64,000 nucleotides of DNA, taken from the NCBI GenBank assembly GCA_040218735.1, contig JAVJQW010000008.1:288001-352000 (forward strand), given 5' to 3'. Shown piece after piece: positions 55,126 to 64,000 of the stretch (its first letter is position 1; the number at the start of each line of letters is the position of its first letter). Position numbers and translations under genes: made by a program. Source of the DNA: Deltaproteobacteria bacterium (GTDB lineage: Bacteria > Myxococcota > Kuafuiibacteriia > Kuafuiibacteriales > Kuafuiibacteriaceae). The notes below the pieces were generated by a model. That model had not been told where the DNA came from and did not search any database. It saw only the letters and a list, made by a program, of their open reading frames with translations.

Positions 55126-55902
55126 ATGCGCCGGCACCTGTTCCTTCTGTCGAGCCTCCTCCTCGCGGGGTGTTTCTCGAAGCAGTACTTCCCGTACGTC
55201 TACGCGCCGAGCGCCGTCCCCGCGACGGAGCGGCCCAAGGTGCTCGTCAACGCGCCGGTCGTGCGCGAGATCCTCGCCGCCCCGACCGCGGCGAGCCTCC
55301 AGGCCTTGGACGCGGAGCTCGCCGCGAGGCTGGAGGCGAACGGGTACCGCGTCGACACCAGCTCGGCGTCGCGGTCTCGCCTCACGGGGATCTCGGCCGT
55401 GCTCCCACGGCTCGGCGCTCGACCGGTGCCGGAGAGTCTGAAGGACCTCGGGGCCACCACCGGGTGTGACCTCGTCATCGTCCCGGTCGTCGAGTTTCGG
55501 TTCTGCGAGGCGCAGAACCAGGACTGCCGCTGGGATGGCGTCGTCCGCGAGATTCCACACTCCGACGATACGCAGCTCGTGATGTCCGGTGGCTTCCCCG
55601 CGGTGTCGTTGCTCGTCAACGCGTACTCGTGCGACGGCGAGTCCGTCCTGACGAGCATGGGCGGCATCGACGTCGCGCGGTACGCGAGGACGAAGCTGTT
55701 CACGGGTAACGACTCCGCGAGCCCGGTCGCGGGCGCGGGCTTCTCGCGGCTCTACATGGACGACCGGACCGACTACCTCGACGATCCGGCGATGCGCGCG
55801 GAGGCCATCGCGCTCGCGTTGCATCCGCTCGTCGCCATGGCCGAGTACCCCGACGATCCCACGCCCTACGATCCGTCGCGACTCCCGACGAGGGCACAGT
55901 GA
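55126..55902 (+). CDS. Putative lipoprotein
   Basis: [16 protein letters not shown] lipobox. Confidence 0.7.
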   Translation: MRRHLFLLSSLLLAGCFSKQYFPYVYAPSAVPATERPKVLVNAPVVREILAAPTAASLQALDAELAARLEANGYRVDTSSASRSRLTGISAVLPRLGARPVPESLKDLGATTGCDLVIVPVVEFRFCEAQNQDCRWDGVVREIPHSDDTQLVMSGGFPAVSLLVNAYSCDGESVLTSMGGIDVARYARTKLFTGNDSASPVAGAGFSRLYMDDRTDYLDDPAMRAEAIALALHPLVAMAEYPDDPTPYDPSRLPTRAQ

Positions 55903-55904
55903 CC

Positions 55905-56090
55905 ATGCGAGGGACTTGGGTCGTCGTCGTTGCGTTGGCGAGTGGCTGCGCGTCGAAGCAGTACTACCGGTACCAATACGAATCGGCGTCGGTGCCGAAG
56001 CCGACTCGGGTCGTGTTGCTGCACCCGACGATGTTGCGCAACAACGTCTCCAGCAGAACCGGCGCTACCTCGACCGCCCCGAGGTCGTGA
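55905..56090 (+). pseudogene. Truncated paralog of the upstream lipoprotein
   Basis: [18 protein letters not shown] vs [18 protein letters not shown]; stops after ~61 aa. Confidence 0.5.
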
Positions 56091-56184
56091 GGCCGCCGCG
56101 CGCCGAAGCGCAAGGCGGACCGCGACATCTTCAGGAGCCGTTCGACGCGTTGAGTGGGAGCACCGCGCTCGCGGTGCGGAAGAA

Positions 56185-57462
<1,278 letters not shown>

Positions 57463-57484
57463 CGATACGTTGCTTCAATGAGGC

Positions 57485-57519
57485 CCGAATTGGTCCCGGG
57501 TTTCAATGCCCCAATTCGG
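57485..57519. other. Inverted repeat between clpP and clpX (CCGAATTGG/CCAATTCGG)
   Basis: 9-bp perfect stem with 17-nt loop; possible mRNA stability/processing hairpin. Confidence 0.4.
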
Positions 57520-57540
57520 CCCACCGACGAATGCCGTCGT

Positions 57541-58152
57541 TCAGCTCTCCTTGTCCGACACGTCTCGGGGTTTGTTCACCAGGACGTCGTCCAAGATTCC
57601 GTAGGCCTTCGCCTCGTCCGCAGACATGAAGAATTCTCGGTCGGTGTCGATGGCGACGCGGTCCCGGTCCTGGGTCGTGTGCTCGACCAGGATATCGGTC
57701 AACATATCCTTACGCTTGAGGATTTCCTTCGCCTGGATCTCGATGTCCGAGGCCTGGCCACCCGCCCCACCGAGCGGTTGGTGCAACATGATCCGGGCGT
57801 GCGGCAGCGCCTTGCGCTTGCCCTTCGTCCCCGCCGCGAGGATGACGGCGGCCATCTGGGACGCCTGTCCGATGCAGATCGTCGTGATCGGGCAGCGGAC
57901 ATACTGCATCGTGTCATAAATCGCCAAACCGGCGCTGACCGAGCCCCCCCGGCTGTTGATGTACAGGTTGACGTCCTTCTCCGGGTCCTCGGACTCCAGG
58001 AACAGGAGCTGGGCCACGATGACGTTGGCGAGGTCGTCGCCGATGTCCGAGCCCATGAAGACGATGCGGTCCTTCATCAGGCGCGACCAGATGTCGTACT
58101 GGCGCTCGCCGCGGTGCGTCTGCTCGAGGACGTAGGGGACGAAGTAGCTCAC
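57541..58152 (-). CDS. clpP: ClpP-family subunit with substituted catalytic residues (probable non-catalytic)
   Basis: Full-length colinear with ClpP; GQASQMAA and DTDREFF instead of GQAASMG and DTERD. Confidence 0.92.
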   Translation of the reverse strand: MSYFVPYVLEQTHRGERQYDIWSRLMKDRIVFMGSDIGDDLANVIVAQLLFLESEDPEKDVNLYINSRGGSVSAGLAIYDTMQYVRCPITTICIGQASQMAAVILAAGTKGKRKALPHARIMLHQPLGGAGGQASDIEIQAKEILKRKDMLTDILVEHTTQDRDRVAIDTDREFFMSADEAKAYGILDDVLVNKPRDVSDKES

Positions 58153-58294
58153 TTTTCGGTTCTCCTCAGGACGCCGCCCGACGGCGGCGAAAAGGGATCG
58201 TGGACGCCTTTGGCGCCGACGTCAAACAGGTGGGGACGAAACGGGGAACGCGCGGCGCGCATTCCCCGGGGCAGGCTACGCGAACGGGCTCGGC

Positions 58295-59683
58295 CTAGTG
58301 CTCGTGGTCGTGATCATGATCGTGGTCGTGGTCATGATCGTGGTCGTGATCATGGCCCGCGTGCGCCTCGGCCTCGAGCTCCTCGGCCGTGACCTCACGC
58401 TCCGTGACCGTCGCGTTGTCCATCACGAAGTCCAGCGCCTTGTCCTGGCGCATGTTGTACTTCAGCGCGTCGATCTGATCGTTGTCGCGCAGCTGCTGCT
58501 TGAGCTGCTTGAGCGGCATCCGGTGTTCGCGCGCGAGGTCCGCGATGCGGCCGTCGATCTCGCTGTCCTCCACCTCGATCGACTCCTGCCGCGCGACGGC
58601 CTCCAGGATCAACATCCCGGCGACCTGCTTCTCGGCGCGCGGGCGCGCCTCGTCGCGGAGCTTCAGGACGGCCTCCATGACCTCCTGGCTCTTCGACTGC
58701 TCGGCCGCGCGGTTCGCGTCCTGGAGCAGGAAGTCGAGCTGCCGATCCGTCATCAGCGGCGGCACCTCGACGGGGTTCATCTCGACGAGCTTCTCCATCG
58801 CGGCGTCGCGCAGCATGCGGCGTGACTTCGCGTCCTCGCGCGTCGCGAGGTTCTCGCGGAGGTTGTCCTTGAGCTCCGCCAGGGTGTCGAACTCGCCGAG
58901 GTCCTGCGCGAAGTCGTCGTCGAGCTCGGGGAGGATCTTCTTCTTGAGCTCCTTGAGGTCGACCTTCCACTCGACGTCCTTGCCGCGCGCCTCCTCCGGA
59001 CCTTCGTCCTTCGGGAAGTTCAGGTCGAAGCGCTTCTCCTCGCCGATCGTCATGCCGACCAGCGCGTCCTCGAAGCCCGGGATCATCTGTCCACCGCCGA
59101 CCTCGACCGTGTAGTTGATGCCCTTGCCGCCCTTGAACGTCTCGCCGTCGACGTAGCCGAAGAAGTCGATCACCGCGAGGTCGCCGTTCTCCAGCGTCTT
59201 GCGGTCGGTGACCGGCTCGATGACCATCGCCTTCTCGCGGAGCATCTCGAGCTCGCGTTCGACCTCGGCGTCCGACACCGCGCGCACCTTCTTCTCGACC
59301 TCGAGCCCCTTGTAGTGCTCGACGTTGATCTCCGGCTTGACCTCGACCATCGCGACGAACGCGAGCGGCGTGTCCTTCTCGAGCTTCGGCATCTCGTCGA
59401 GGCGCGGGTTGTTGATCGGCACGAGCGCGTTGTCGGCGATCGCACGCTTGAAGCTGTCGTCGACGAGGCGGTTCACGACCTCACCCTCGACGGCGCTCTT
59501 GTAGTACTGCTCGAGCACCTTGCGCGGCACCTTGCCGGCGCGGAAGCCTTTCACGCGCGCGCGCTTTTGGAGGCCTCGGTAGGCGAGGTCCAGCTCTTCC
59601 TTCACCTGGTTCCAGGGGACCTCGATCGAGACCTTGCGCTCGACTTCGGAAACTCGCTCTACGTCTACTTTAACTTCGGTCAT
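58295..59683 (-). CDS. tig: Trigger factor with C-terminal (HD)n tail
   Basis: GFRAGKVP ribosome-binding motif, FKBP domain MIPGFED; synteny with clpPX. Confidence 0.95.
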   Translation of the reverse strand: MTEVKVDVERVSEVERKVSIEVPWNQVKEELDLAYRGLQKRARVKGFRAGKVPRKVLEQYYKSAVEGEVVNRLVDDSFKRAIADNALVPINNPRLDEMPKLEKDTPLAFVAMVEVKPEINVEHYKGLEVEKKVRAVSDAEVERELEMLREKAMVIEPVTDRKTLENGDLAVIDFFGYVDGETFKGGKGINYTVEVGGGQMIPGFEDALVGMTIGEEKRFDLNFPKDEGPEEARGKDVEWKVDLKELKKKILPELDDDFAQDLGEFDTLAELKDNLRENLATREDAKSRRMLRDAAMEKLVEMNPVEVPPLMTDRQLDFLLQDANRAAEQSKSQEVMEAVLKLRDEARPRAEKQVAGMLILEAVARQESIEVEDSEIDGRIADLAREHRMPLKQLKQQLRDNDQIDALKYNMRQDKALDFVMDNATVTEREVTAEELEAEAHAGHDHDHDHDHDHDHDHDHEH

Positions 59684-59697
59684 GCTTCGCCTTCGTA

Positions 59698-59779
59698 TGC
59701 GGGAGGCGGGACTCGAACCCGCACGGGGTTACCCGCTGGAACCTAAATCCAGTGCGTCTGCCAATTCCGCCACCCCCGC
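59698..59779 (-). tRNA. tRNA-Leu (anticodon TAG), no encoded CCA
   Basis: GCGGGGG acceptor stem, GGAATTGGCAGAC D-arm, CTGGA-TTTAGGT-TCCAG anticodon arm, long variable arm, GGTTCGAGTCC T-arm. Confidence 0.95.
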
Positions 59780-59833
59780 GGTGGAGCGCACGTAGCTACA
59801 CCGCGCGACCCAGGCTGTAAAGCGTGCTTAAGT

Positions 59834-60523
59834 ATGGCGCGCCGCATGCCGAAACGCGCCGTCGTCCTGCTCTCCGGAGGCCTCGACTCCGCCACCTGCG
59901 CCGCGGTCGCCCGGGACGAGGGCTACACCGTCCACGCCCTGTCGATCCGCTACGGCCAGCGCCACTCGGCCGAGCTGGACGCCGCGGCCGCCGTCGCGAG
60001 CCACCTGGGCATCGAGGACCACCGGATCGTCGACATCGGGCTCGGCTCGCTGGGCGGCTCGGCGCTGACGGATTCGGCCCTGGAGGTCCCGAAGAACGCC
60101 GTGGGGGCCGCGGGCATCCCGATCACCTACGTGCCGGCGCGGAACACCGTGTTCTTGGCGTTGGCGCTGGGCCACGCGGAGGTGGTGGGGGCGCAGGACA
60201 TCTTCTTCGGGGCGAATGCGCTGGACTACAGCGGCTATCCGGACTGCCGGCCGGCGTTTCGTGAGGCGTTCGAGGCGTTGGCGAACGTGGCGACGAAGGC
60301 GGTCGACGATCCGTCGCTGCGCTACCGGATCTTGGCGCCGCTGATGGACCTGACGAAGGCCGAGATCATCCGCCTGGGGACGCGGTTGGGGGTCGACTAC
60401 GGGCTGACCCACTCCTGTTACGACCCGTCGGGGGCGGCGGCGTGCGGGGCGTGTGACTCCTGTCTGCTCCGGAAGAAGGGCTTCGAAGAGGCCGGCGTCC
60501 CGGATCCGACCCGGTACGTCTGA
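59834..60523 (+). CDS. queC: 7-cyano-7-deazaguanine synthase
   Basis: [22 protein letters not shown]...CGACDSC. Confidence 0.95.
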   Translation: MARRMPKRAVVLLSGGLDSATCAAVARDEGYTVHALSIRYGQRHSAELDAAAAVASHLGIEDHRIVDIGLGSLGGSALTDSALEVPKNAVGAAGIPITYVPARNTVFLALALGHAEVVGAQDIFFGANALDYSGYPDCRPAFREAFEALANVATKAVDDPSLRYRILAPLMDLTKAEIIRLGTRLGVDYGLTHSCYDPSGAAACGACDSCLLRKKGFEEAGVPDPTRYV

Positions 60524-60573
60524 CGGAAGAATTGCCAGCGGGCTGGATCCCTCGTAAGCGTATCGGTGCGCCC

Positions 60574-61164
60574 ATGCGAGAGTGTCTCGGCTGGATCACG
60601 ACGTGTCCGAACGACCAGAGCTGCCCCATGAACTGGCTGGAGCTCGCGGTGTCGGAGATCCCCATCAAGATCAACTGCCACGTCTGTGAGCGAAAGGTGT
60701 CGCTCGTCGCGACGCAGGCCGAGCTCGACTCGGCCGGTTCCTCGAACGCGCTCGCCGCGTTCCCGGTGGTGCCCTGCGCCGGCCCGACCGACGCCCCGAT
60801 GGCCCCCGCCACCGGCAACGGCGCCGCGGGCCACGCCGAGCCGGTCCGCGCGCGTCCGCCGACTCCGGCCCCCGCGCCCGTCGCGCGCGCCTGGACGGTG
60901 ACGCTCCAGAACGGCGAGATGATCAAGATCGACAAGGACACGATGATCATCGGCCGCAGCCGAACCTGCGACGTCGTCATCCCCTCCGCGAAGGTCTCGC
61001 GCCAGCACGCGTCGCTCTCCCGCATGGAAGGTGAGCTGTACATCGAGGACCTCGGCTCCGCGAACGGCGTGTGGCTCAACGGCGAGAAGGTCACGCGCGC
61101 GAAGATCAAGGCTGGGGACAGCTTCACGATCTCGGACGAGACGCTGCTCTTCGAGGAGCGATGA
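60574..61164 (+). CDS. FHA domain protein with N-terminal Cys-rich module
   Basis: IGRS..CD...VSRQHA...DLGSANG; N-terminal CPMNW...CHVC. Confidence 0.85.
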   Translation: MRECLGWITTCPNDQSCPMNWLELAVSEIPIKINCHVCERKVSLVATQAELDSAGSSNALAAFPVVPCAGPTDAPMAPATGNGAAGHAEPVRARPPTPAPAPVARAWTVTLQNGEMIKIDKDTMIIGRSRTCDVVIPSAKVSRQHASLSRMEGELYIEDLGSANGVWLNGEKVTRAKIKAGDSFTISDETLLFEER

Positions 61165-61673
61165 ACCTCTACCAGCCGTTCTTCTGCGAAGAGAACGTCT
61201 GGCACCTCGCGCAATCCGCTACGTTCGCTTCAAAAGAACGGCGCGTCGTCTTCGTCTCCAACGCGCGGCGGCAGGTGCCGCTGTGGTGTCAAAAGGCCGG
61301 GGCGCCGGACGGGCCGGTGGTCTGGGACTACCACGTGCTGCTGTTCGTTCGGGATCCGTACTGGCGGGTCTTCGACCTCGACACCACGATGCCGTGGGGG
61401 TCGCGGTTCTCGGAGTACTTCGCGGCGACGTTTCGGATCGTCACGGGCGAGTTTGCGCCGCGGTTTCGGGTGATGGACGCGGACGACTTCGTCGTGACGC
61501 TCGCGACGGACCGGTCGCACATGCTCGACGACGAGGGTGCGTATCGTGCGCCGCCGCCCGAGTGGCCGGCGATCGGCGAAGGCACGAACCTGATGCGGTT
61601 CGTGGATCTCGACGACGACATCGCCGGTGAGGTCGTCGATGCCAAGCCGCTGGTCCAGCGGTTCTCGGTGTAG
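61161..61673 (+). CDS. Protein N-terminal glutamine amidohydrolase (NTAQ1/WDYHV family) homolog
   Basis: FCEENVW, VFVSN, VVWDYHV, FDLDT, DRSHM, PPP.WPAI. Confidence 0.88.
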   Translation: MNLYQPFFCEENVWHLAQSATFASKERRVVFVSNARRQVPLWCQKAGAPDGPVVWDYHVLLFVRDPYWRVFDLDTTMPWGSRFSEYFAATFRIVTGEFAPRFRVMDADDFVVTLATDRSHMLDDEGAYRAPPPEWPAIGEGTNLMRFVDLDDDIAGEVVDAKPLVQRFSV

Positions 61674-61744
61674 CTCGGGATTTTTCTCCGCGGACCGTCG
61701 AATCTTCAGATCGCACCCTCGCTTCGCCCGTTAGCCTTGTTTCC

Positions 61745-62509
61745 GTGCAAGCTGCGCCGAGCCTCCGCCGTCCTCTCCTGCGCCGGGCCGCCATCGTGGC
61801 GGGCACCCTGGTCGGCGCGACCCTCCTCGGCGCCGCTTTTGTGCCGGGCGACCTCACGCCGCGGACGAAGCCTCACGTTTCGCTGGAGCGCCAGGACGGA
61901 CCGTTCGGCTTGCAGATGCGGGGACGCATCGAGGCGACCGAGGACGGGTTCCGGATGGTCGACGAGCCGAGCATGGACCTGACGATGAACACCCTCCCTG
62001 TTCACGACCTCGAGCCGACGGCGCACCCCGTTCGCGTCCGTCTCCTCTACGCAGACAAGACGGTCGATCTGCAGACCGCGCTCGAAGCGTGTCCGACGTC
62101 GGGTCGGTGCGGGACGTGTTTCCCGGCCGTGGACCTCGACGAAGGCCAGATCGGTAAGTGGCGCCTCGGTGTCAATGTGGAGCCGGGGTTGCTGCAGATC
62201 CAACTCTTCCTGCACGACCACCTCGTGAACACGTGGGAGCGTCCCGCGACGCCGGTCGGAGTCGATGCGGTGACGCTCGATGGCTCGGCGCTGACGTGGA
62301 AAGTCTCCGGTCAGGGCCGAGTGTCCCGCGTGGAGTACACGCAGGTCGCGGATGCGTGGACGACGGTCCCGACGCTCGCCGACCTCGACCGCGTCGCGAA
62401 CCTTCCGCCCGTGAAGTCCGAGCTCGACCTCATCCGCTACCGAGTCCACGTCACGGACGGCTTTACTCTGGCTACGGCGGTCTCCGAGCTCGTCGACCCA
62501 CCCCGGTGA
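61745..62509 (+). CDS. Hypothetical exported protein
   Basis: N-terminal hydrophobic segment; CPTSGRCGTC. Confidence 0.55.
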   Translation: MQAAPSLRRPLLRRAAIVAGTLVGATLLGAAFVPGDLTPRTKPHVSLERQDGPFGLQMRGRIEATEDGFRMVDEPSMDLTMNTLPVHDLEPTAHPVRVRLLYADKTVDLQTALEACPTSGRCGTCFPAVDLDEGQIGKWRLGVNVEPGLLQIQLFLHDHLVNTWERPATPVGVDAVTLDGSALTWKVSGQGRVSRVEYTQVADAWTTVPTLADLDRVANLPPVKSELDLIRYRVHVTDGFTLATAVSELVDPPR

Positions 62510-62516
62510 ACCGCGG

Positions 62517-63335
62517 TCAGATCAGTACGGGCGGATCTTCGTCACCACGAAGCCAGCTGCGGACGCGCTCCACGATCCAACCCGGGTCGTCGCGCGGGAG
62601 GTCGTGACCGGAGATCGGGTTCACGTACACCGGCGCTCCGGTGCGCGACGCGAGGCGGTGGCTGCAAACCGCGTTGGCGAGGGCGTCGGCCTTCGCCGCG
62701 AGGAGGAGGGTGGGCGTGTGCATCGCGTCCGGCGCGTCGAAGCGTGTCGCGGCGGCGAGCTGACGGAGCGCGTGCCGGACGGACATCGGCGCAAACGCGT
62801 CGAGCGCGGCGGAGGCCTCGGCCATCGCGGCGTGCTCCGCGGTGCGGGTGGACGTCGCCGCGAGGATCAGCGCTTCTCGTCGCACCGGATCGCGGACGAG
62901 CATCGCCTTCACCACGTTGCCGAAGGCGCCGATGCCCATCCGCTCGAACGGCGTCCCGAGGTTCTTCGCGGACGAGTTGATGATCACCTGGCCCGCGAAG
63001 TCGTCGGGGTGGCTCGCGGACCACGCCATCGCGACCATGCCCCCCAGCGAGATCGACATGAGGCCCCACGCGCCTTCGTGTTCGCGTTTCAGGTCGAGCC
63101 AGCGCGTGCGCACGTCTTCCATCGTGTCGACGACGGAGAGCGGCGGCGCCCGACGGTGCTCCGTCCCGAAGCCCGGCAGGTCGAGGTGGTGGACCTCGAC
63201 GCCGAGCGCTTCGGCGAAGGTCGCGTCGAAGCCGGCCCAGTGTTTCTGGTGGCGCGCGAGGCCGCGTAGGAGCAGCCAATGGTCCGGGGGATCGATGCGG
63301 TCGTCGGCGCGGCGCACGCGTACGGCCGTTATCAA
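62517..63335 (-). CDS. Alpha/beta fold hydrolase
   Basis: WLLLRGLAR, LDLPGFG, SISLGGM, GHDLP; start uncertain (63335 or 63317). Confidence 0.85.
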   Translation of the reverse strand: MITAVRVRRADDRIDPPDHWLLLRGLARHQKHWAGFDATFAEALGVEVHHLDLPGFGTEHRRAPPLSVVDTMEDVRTRWLDLKREHEGAWGLMSISLGGMVAMAWSASHPDDFAGQVIINSSAKNLGTPFERMGIGAFGNVVKAMLVRDPVRREALILAATSTRTAEHAAMAEASAALDAFAPMSVRHALRQLAAATRFDAPDAMHTPTLLLAAKADALANAVCSHRLASRTGAPVYVNPISGHDLPRDDPGWIVERVRSWLRGDEDPPVLI

Positions 63336-63595
63336 CTCGCCGACGAAGTGTCGATCGGCGCGCAGCCGTTGGGCTTCGTGACGCGTTGGCTCGAAGGCGG
63401 GTACTTCTCGAGCAACCGCGCCGGCCGAACGGGTCGCGGTACGAACCCGCCGCCGCAGTTCGGGCACACGCCGCGCAGCACGTCGTCGACGCACGCGCGG
63501 CAGAACGTACACTCGAAGGAGCAGATCATCGCCGCCTCCGAGTCGGGCGCGAGGTCCTTGTCGCAGCATTCACAGTTGGGTCGCAGCTCGAGCAC
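63332..63595 (-). CDS. DUF1272 family Cys-rich protein
   Basis: LELRPNCECC, ICSFECTFC, CPNCGG. Confidence 0.85.
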   Translation of the reverse strand: MLELRPNCECCDKDLAPDSEAAMICSFECTFCRACVDDVLRGVCPNCGGGFVPRPVRPARLLEKYPPSSQRVTKPNGCAPIDTSSAS

Positions 63596-63691
63596 TTCGT
63601 CGCATTGTAGACGCTGAATGGTCCTGAGGTGAGCATCGAACTGTGCGCCTCCGCACCGGCGCTCCGCGCGGCTTCGGTATAACCTCGGGCG

Positions 63692-64000
63692 GTGCACCGC
63701 TTCGGCGAGTACGACGTCCTTGCGAAGCTCAGCGCATCGGGGCCGTCCGCCGTCTACCTCGTCCGCAAGCGCGGCGCTGGGCGGTTCGCCCACGTCGCTT
63801 GCCTCGAGACGTTCCGGCTCCCCACCACCGACGGGCTGGAAGCGCTGGAGGCGTTCGTCGAGGAGGCGACGTTTGCGACGCAGCTTCGCCACGAAGGCTG
63901 CATCCGCGTGCACGACGTCGGCACGAACGACGGGATCTCGTACATCGCGATGGAGCTCGTGGTCGGCGAGACGCTCGACGACCTCCTGCGGCGCGCACGC
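63692..64000 (+). CDS. Ser/Thr kinase-like protein, probable pseudokinase (3' partial)
   Basis: Manual translation: MHRFGEYDVLAKLSASGPSAVYL...VACLETF...FVEEA...LRHEGCIRVHDVG...YIAMELVVGETL. Confidence 0.75.
   Translation, partial: MHRFGEYDVLAKLSASGPSAVYLVRKRGAGRFAHVACLETFRLPTTDGLEALEAFVEEATFATQLRHEGCIRVHDVGTNDGISYIAMELVVGETLDDLLRRAR

Noticed and set aside
59698-59779. tRNA as integration site of a genomic island
   Set aside because: No integrase nearby, no duplicated tRNA 3' end noticed, and the flank is the standard tig-clpP-clpX arrangement
59834-60523. QueC-based anti-phage or DNA-modification system (Qat/Dpd)
   Set aside because: Canonical-length housekeeping QueC with no qat, dpd or TatD partners adjacent

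Overview
GC-rich (about 70% by eye) bacterial chromosome segment, most consistent with a Myxococcota/deltaproteobacterial genome (many Cys-rich and Ig-repeat lipoproteins, DUF4388, PEGA, FHA, Ser/Thr kinases, an MXAN_2562-like barrel). About 58 CDS and one tRNA-Leu(TAG). Housekeeping genes recognised: coaBC, family-4 UDG, uppP, HU, KamA-type radical SAM, HelD-like helicase, argG, kdsB-pyrG-kdsA, cyclophilin, kdsC, tRNA-Leu-tig-clpP-clpX, queC. No CRISPR array, integrase, transposase, rRNA or prophage was seen. Most notable observations: (1) the clpP of the canonical tig-clpP-clpX locus has Gln at the catalytic Ser position and Glu at the catalytic Asp position (probable ClpR-like pseudoprotease); (2) a bacterial homolog of eukaryotic N-terminal glutamine amidohydrolase (NTAQ1/WDYHV), coupled to an FHA gene, lies divergent from that locus; (3) a UDG with a ~220-aa [14 protein letters not shown] repeat; (4) a cNMP-domain-fused GspE/PilB ATPase; (5) several sigma54 promoters, most nearly leaderless, in front of signal-peptide-less acidic HExxH paralogs, a harpin-like lysozyme and surface proteins; (6) a ~60-bp phased element shared by two intergenic regions. 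All family assignments come from motif recognition by eye, not database searches.
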